Positions 59,542 through 64,000 of a stretch of DNA of 64,000 nucleotides are shown piece by piece. The stretch is from the NCBI GenBank assembly GCA_030141605.1, contig JAQGDQ010000657.1, positions 5,711 to 69,710 on the forward strand, given 5' to 3'. The number at the start of each line of letters is the position of its first letter. Position 1 is the first letter of the stretch. A program made the translations under genes and the position numbers. Below the pieces are notes generated by a model. That model was given only the letters and a program-made list of their open reading frames with translations. It ran no database searches and was not told the origin of the DNA. This DNA comes from Tubiluchus corallicola. Lineage: Eukaryota > Animalia > Priapulida.

Positions 59542-59915
59542 TCTGTCAGCCGGTCGGTTATTCATTTACTTACTTGGATAACCGTTTGCTTTTTTACTAA
59601 CTAGTTCTTGCCGTACATGTATACGTATTCGTTTATGTACTTGGTTGTTTGGATTAGTCGGTCTGTCAGCCGGTCGGTTATTCATTTACTTACTCGGATA
59701 ACCGTTTGCTTTTTTACTAACTAGTTGTTGCCGTACATGTATACGTATTCGTTTATGTACTTGGTTGTTTGGATTAGTCGGTCTGTCAGCCGGTCGGTTA
59801 TTCATTTACTTACTTGGATAACCGTTTGCTTTTTTACTAACTAGTTCTTGCCGTATATGTATCTACACTCATTTGTTCACGTACTTAACTATTTGGTTTG
59901 TCAGTCTGTCAGCTG
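59542..59915. repeat. 120-bp tandem triplication
   Basis: ctgtcagccggtcggttattc recurs at 59543, 59663 and 59783. Confidence 0.88.
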
Positions 59916-60254
59916 GTTAATTATTTGTTTCCTTTGCTTAGATAACTGTTTACTCGTTTTATAATTAATGTGGTTGACTAATATGATTAATTTCTTTACT
60001 TGAATGTTGATTTGCTTGCTTTCTTGTTTTACTTGCATCTTAATTTTCTCTCCTATAATACTTCACGGTCGACTTCTGACTAACTGGACCCACCATTGTT
60101 AAATCGACTGACTGATCGAGTGAGTGACTAATCAAACGACTGTTTGTCGGAGTAGCGGCCTAAATCAATAACAGACTGGATTAGCTATAAAAGTGAAAAA
60201 AGTAAAACGTTCCTCTCATATATAATAAAAGTATTAAAGCTAAATTGGACCAAA

Positions 60255-60835
60255 TGTTAAACTGTATGTCAAAATAATCTATTCTTTAATGTATTGAAAG
60301 GAAACATTCCTATTTTATTCAAAAATGACTCACGACAGAATTATTACCACACAAGCAGAATTTCGCGTTCACGCCACTAGTTCTTCTCTGTTAGACGGGT
60401 ACTAGCGCCTGCATTTCGGAAACGCACTGCACAAAACAGGTGCTGTACCTTTCAGTTCAGATGTGTTAGTTCGTGACGAACTGCACACGTTCGACAGCTC
60501 ATACGTGAGAACAGCGGTAAATTTAAAATTTGAATTTTTATCTTAAAACTTGCCTAGTTTTAGTACAACACACTGAATACCTTACAGTAGCATAGAACTT
60601 CAATTTTCGCTTTCACAAAGACGCGCAACACGCTCGTAGAATATTTTTGCTGTTGAAAATTATGTTTGTTTCTGATGTCATGAATAGTTAGGCTTGCCCG
60701 CCCTTAATTAAGTTTTTAATCTATTATTTAATTATCGGAAACGCTTTTTCCAGTATTAATTCTATTAAAACGTATACTTTCTATCGGACTTGAAAATGGG
60801 GTAGCATATGAAAAATCTTCCTGTGTTCCTTTGAA
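60255..60835 (+). mobile_element. Family B repeat
   Basis: Colinear with 50020-50570 (gccactagttcttc...tgatgtca...aaaaatc). Confidence 0.7.
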
Positions 60836-61052
60836 CTTCTAGTGCCTTCCACGTAACAAAATCTTGGTATGGCGTAGCTTATCAACTCTTCACATTTCAC
60901 AGCAAAATAAGAACAGATAAAGAAGAATGACTCACAAACGTTCCAGGCACCATTTCATTCTACAATTACAATGCCGTCTGCTGCTGAAAAAGATGCGATT
61001 CTGAGATGAACAAAGATAAGAAATAGAAAATGTTTAGTTAGGGCTATAATCC

Positions 61053-61857
61053 CAGTGGCGTAGCAAGTGCTTGTGGTGCCAGGGAGCAAAAAAACTTCTG
61101 GCGTGCGCCCTATCATTTTAATGTTTTGATCATCCGTTTCGTGGGCAAAAGCACAAATTGGGCGCGTTTTTGCCTCCCCGAGCCCAACTTTCCTCTTTCG
61201 ACATGACGGAAGAATGATAAACAAATTTTTTGATTGATTATGTAATCAGCAGATTAAACAATTACTTGTGGTATATTAGAACACTGTTAACCTGATTTCT
61301 ACGTTTTTGTTATTAATTACACCTATTTGTATAGCTTATATTCAAGCAAGTTGCACGAATACCTGTGTAATACCTAGAGTTTAACCCTGAGTTTCACCCT
61401 GAGTTTGATCTGTAGTACTGCAGCAGAGTAACTCTTTTCTATGCATTAGTTACTCGTAACACGACAGTCCTTAAACATTCATCTCCAGCATTAAAACAAG
61501 CAAAGATTGTGTAAGATACAGAACACTACAGGTTTTCGTAATAATACATTCAGCATTCAGAGAAACGCCACAGTTTCTACCAAAATTATTGATCAGCTAA
61601 GAAGCACGACACCCTACACACGCCGTGAAGTAACAACATTAACCTTTTTTCTAAGCTGTATGTAGTGATCAATTCAGCTACGATGATCTATGACTAGGCA
61701 ATTTTATTGTAGTTTGATAACTTTTGTTAATTGTTTTGTTAATGCTGGATTAGTAATTAATAATTAACAGTAATTGAACTCTAGAAGAATTTTGCCCCCT
61801 CTCACCCTTGCGCCCGGGGGTGATTTCCCCTGCAACTCCCATCTGGCTACGCCTCTA
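61053..61857. mobile_element. hAT-like MITE
   Basis: cagtggcgtagc ... gctacgcctct termini. Confidence 0.5.
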
Positions 61858-62118
61858 AATGATCCTGTAGACTTAACAAATGACGCAGCACTTCCTTAAG
61901 CTCATTTTCATATTTGGTTTTGCTGTTTTGGATGACATCTCAATTTAACAACAACAAGATCTAGGCTATATACCCCGTCATATTTTTTAACGTTACAATG
62001 TTAAACCAGCCACTACTGTAGTGCTGTCAAACCATCAGGTTTGCGAAACGTTCTATTGTTAACCAGAACGTATGGAAAATTGCAAATATACAGCTCGTCT
62101 ATTTTTAAGTAAGAAATG

Positions 62119-62505
62119 CAGGGGCGCATTAACACTTAGGTTAACTAGGCTATAGTCTAGGACGCCAAACTTCGAGGGGCGTCAAATTTTAGAAAAAATT
62201 CTTATTCTCCTCGGAAAATGTGTATACTTTTTATATTCATGTAAAGGGCAGATTTATAACACACCACAGGCAGTTACTGACCTCATGAAGTGCAACATGA
62301 AGAACAGGTGCAAGGTATTACACACGCATTAGTGCAACTTGCTTGATAATAAGCTATACAAATGCGTATAATTAATAACAACAACGTAGAAATCAGGTTA
62401 ACAGTGTTTCTAACACACCACAAGTAATTGTTTAATCTGCTGATCACATAATCAATCATAAATTCACAATAGCCTAAGGTGTCGTAAAGTCTTGGTACGC
62501 CCCTG
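62119..62505. mobile_element. hAT-like MITE
   Basis: caggggcg ... cgcccctg termini; ~150 bp of its interior is shared in inverted orientation with 61226-61375. Confidence 0.5.
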
Positions 62506-62594
62506 AATAAATGATGCTTTAATTGCTGTCCCGTGGCTCAATACATACTGACGCTACCAGTAATATTCTGGAGTCAACTTTTTCAAAACATGTT

Positions 62595-62667
62595 GAACCG
62601 GCAGCTGAGCTGGCAGAGCAGGGGCATTTCTAATCACCGGTCTCTGGATCAAGTCCCGAATGGGTCA
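62595..62667 (+). pseudogene. Degenerate tRNA-like sequence (Arg-TCT-like anticodon); tRNA pseudogene or SINE head
   Basis: 73 nt gaaccgg-cagctgagctggcagagc (A-box/D arm)-ggggca-tttctaa-tcacc-ggtc-tctgg-atcaagt-cccga-atgggtc-a followed by a T run; stems carry several mismatches. Confidence 0.55.
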
Positions 62668-62753
62668 CAGTTTTTTGCTGTCTCTTTTCTTTCTTCAATT
62701 CATTACTCCCAATGGTTTATGAACGTTCTGGCATTCACAGTCATAATATAATG

Positions 62754-63130
62754 AGCCTTTTCACAGTTCCAGCGATTGATGATGATCGTCAAAGGGTCAA
62801 AGGTTAAGTGAACCAGAAAACGTGTTGTGCACACTTGACAATGCCTCGCAGCTCATGCTATTGCACTAGTAACAGCTAGCTAGAACCTTACCTAGTTCAT
62901 TTTTTCTTTTTCCTAAGCAAGATCCTACTAGTAAATTACTCTACGCACAGATTAATGCATAATTAAGTAAACTCCACGTATAACAACTGAAGGTACTGAA
63001 CTGATGCGGCAGATTACTTTGCTTTAGCCACATGTCACGTGACGGTTGTAGTTAAGGCGCGTTGCTGTGGTACATTTAACCTTTGACCTACAGCAACTGC
63101 GCGTGCGCACAAGAAAACTATGAAAAAGCT
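62754..63130. mobile_element. MITE family C, second copy
   Basis: agccttttcacagtt ... aactatgaaaaagct; colinear with 49406-49773. Confidence 0.65.
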
Positions 63131-64000
63131 TGTTAAGAATTAATGAGCATAGAAGTGTGTAGTGACGTGTGTGCACATATAAAAGTAACATTGACATTAA
63201 TAAGAGAATGATAATCATTCAAATTCAAGAAACAATGAGACTCGTGAGCTTCAATTTTGATTTATTAAATTTTACTATTTTTAAACACAATTTTACCTGA
63301 AGGTTTGTACTAAATATATATAATTATTATTACAATAAACAATACAAAATTTCATTTGTAGATAATATTCACACAATCTACATCATAATGTCTATACTAT
63401 CTTTTGTCATAATACTTTTTAATCTATCTATATCATCTTTTTTGTTTATTTGCGAAGAAAAAAACGCTTTTTACGGCAAGGTTTTTTAACTGTCAAGATA
63501 AAACAGATGCAGTTACATGAATATAAAGTTTAATTCCACGCACGTATTTTATCAAGTATCAGTTTAACGTAGGTTTACGTTGTTGTTTTAAGAAACAAGA
63601 CACAGAATTACTAAAATTTACAACAAATTATTTTAGTAATTATAATAAACAAGAATGCATATAAAACTCGTAAACAAATGCCACAGTAGTTAATACAGGA
63701 ATGAAAGGCATAAACAACTTGATAGTATGAAAAAAGGTAATGTTGTCAGAACGCGTTAGAAAACGAAATTGGCGACTATTAGGACTTGTTCAGACTGGAG
63801 AGCAAAATTGGCTGTGAGTTACTCTGCAACAGTAAACAGAAGTTGACACTCACATCTCTAACTGCTGCAAGAAGTGCCGAGAGTAACTCGCCGAGGTGTT
63901 CACACTATAGAGTAAATCAATTCATGCAGTAACTGTCGGAGAGTTTGCAATAACCTACCGACAGTAACTCGCAGACTGTTCAGACTGGAGAGCAAAACTG

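Noticed and set aside
63788-64000. Repeated gttcagactggagagcaaaa at the window end
   Set aside because: Truncated by the window boundary; cannot be classified beyond a probable repeat.

Overview
AT-rich, repeat-rich animal (invertebrate-type) genomic DNA with GT-AG introns; nothing prokaryotic. One complete gene could be assembled by hand on the minus strand: an 11-exon intermediate-filament (IF) gene (CDS 42595->24076, 2472 nt, 823 aa). It has a long head, a long-type coil 1B, a lamin-tail (LTD/Ig-like) domain and no CaaX box, so it is a 'protostome-type' cytoplasmic IF. It is atypical: coil 2 is shortened and broken by Pro/Gly, the YRKLLEGEE motif is degenerate, an extra symmetric exon encodes a long E/R-rich charged helix, and a basic NLS-like patch precedes the LTD. 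From ~6.95 to 17.7 kb lies a higher-order tandem array of about 25 diverged, stop-containing cassettes of the C-terminal half of a pentraxin domain (GQDQD..GG.F.ATQS.KG motif, basic period 156 bp). These are interleaved with four copies of a decayed PIN/XPG-like nuclease + CXC fragment and a pogo/Tc1-type MITE. The rest is intronic or intergenic DNA with TTAA-flanked (Kolobok-like), hAT-like and Harbinger-like MITEs, LINE 3' ends, a Tc1/mariner remnant, a tRNA-like pseudogene/SINE head, two strong palindromes and many micro- and minisatellites. All calls come from reading the sequence by eye; no database search was run.
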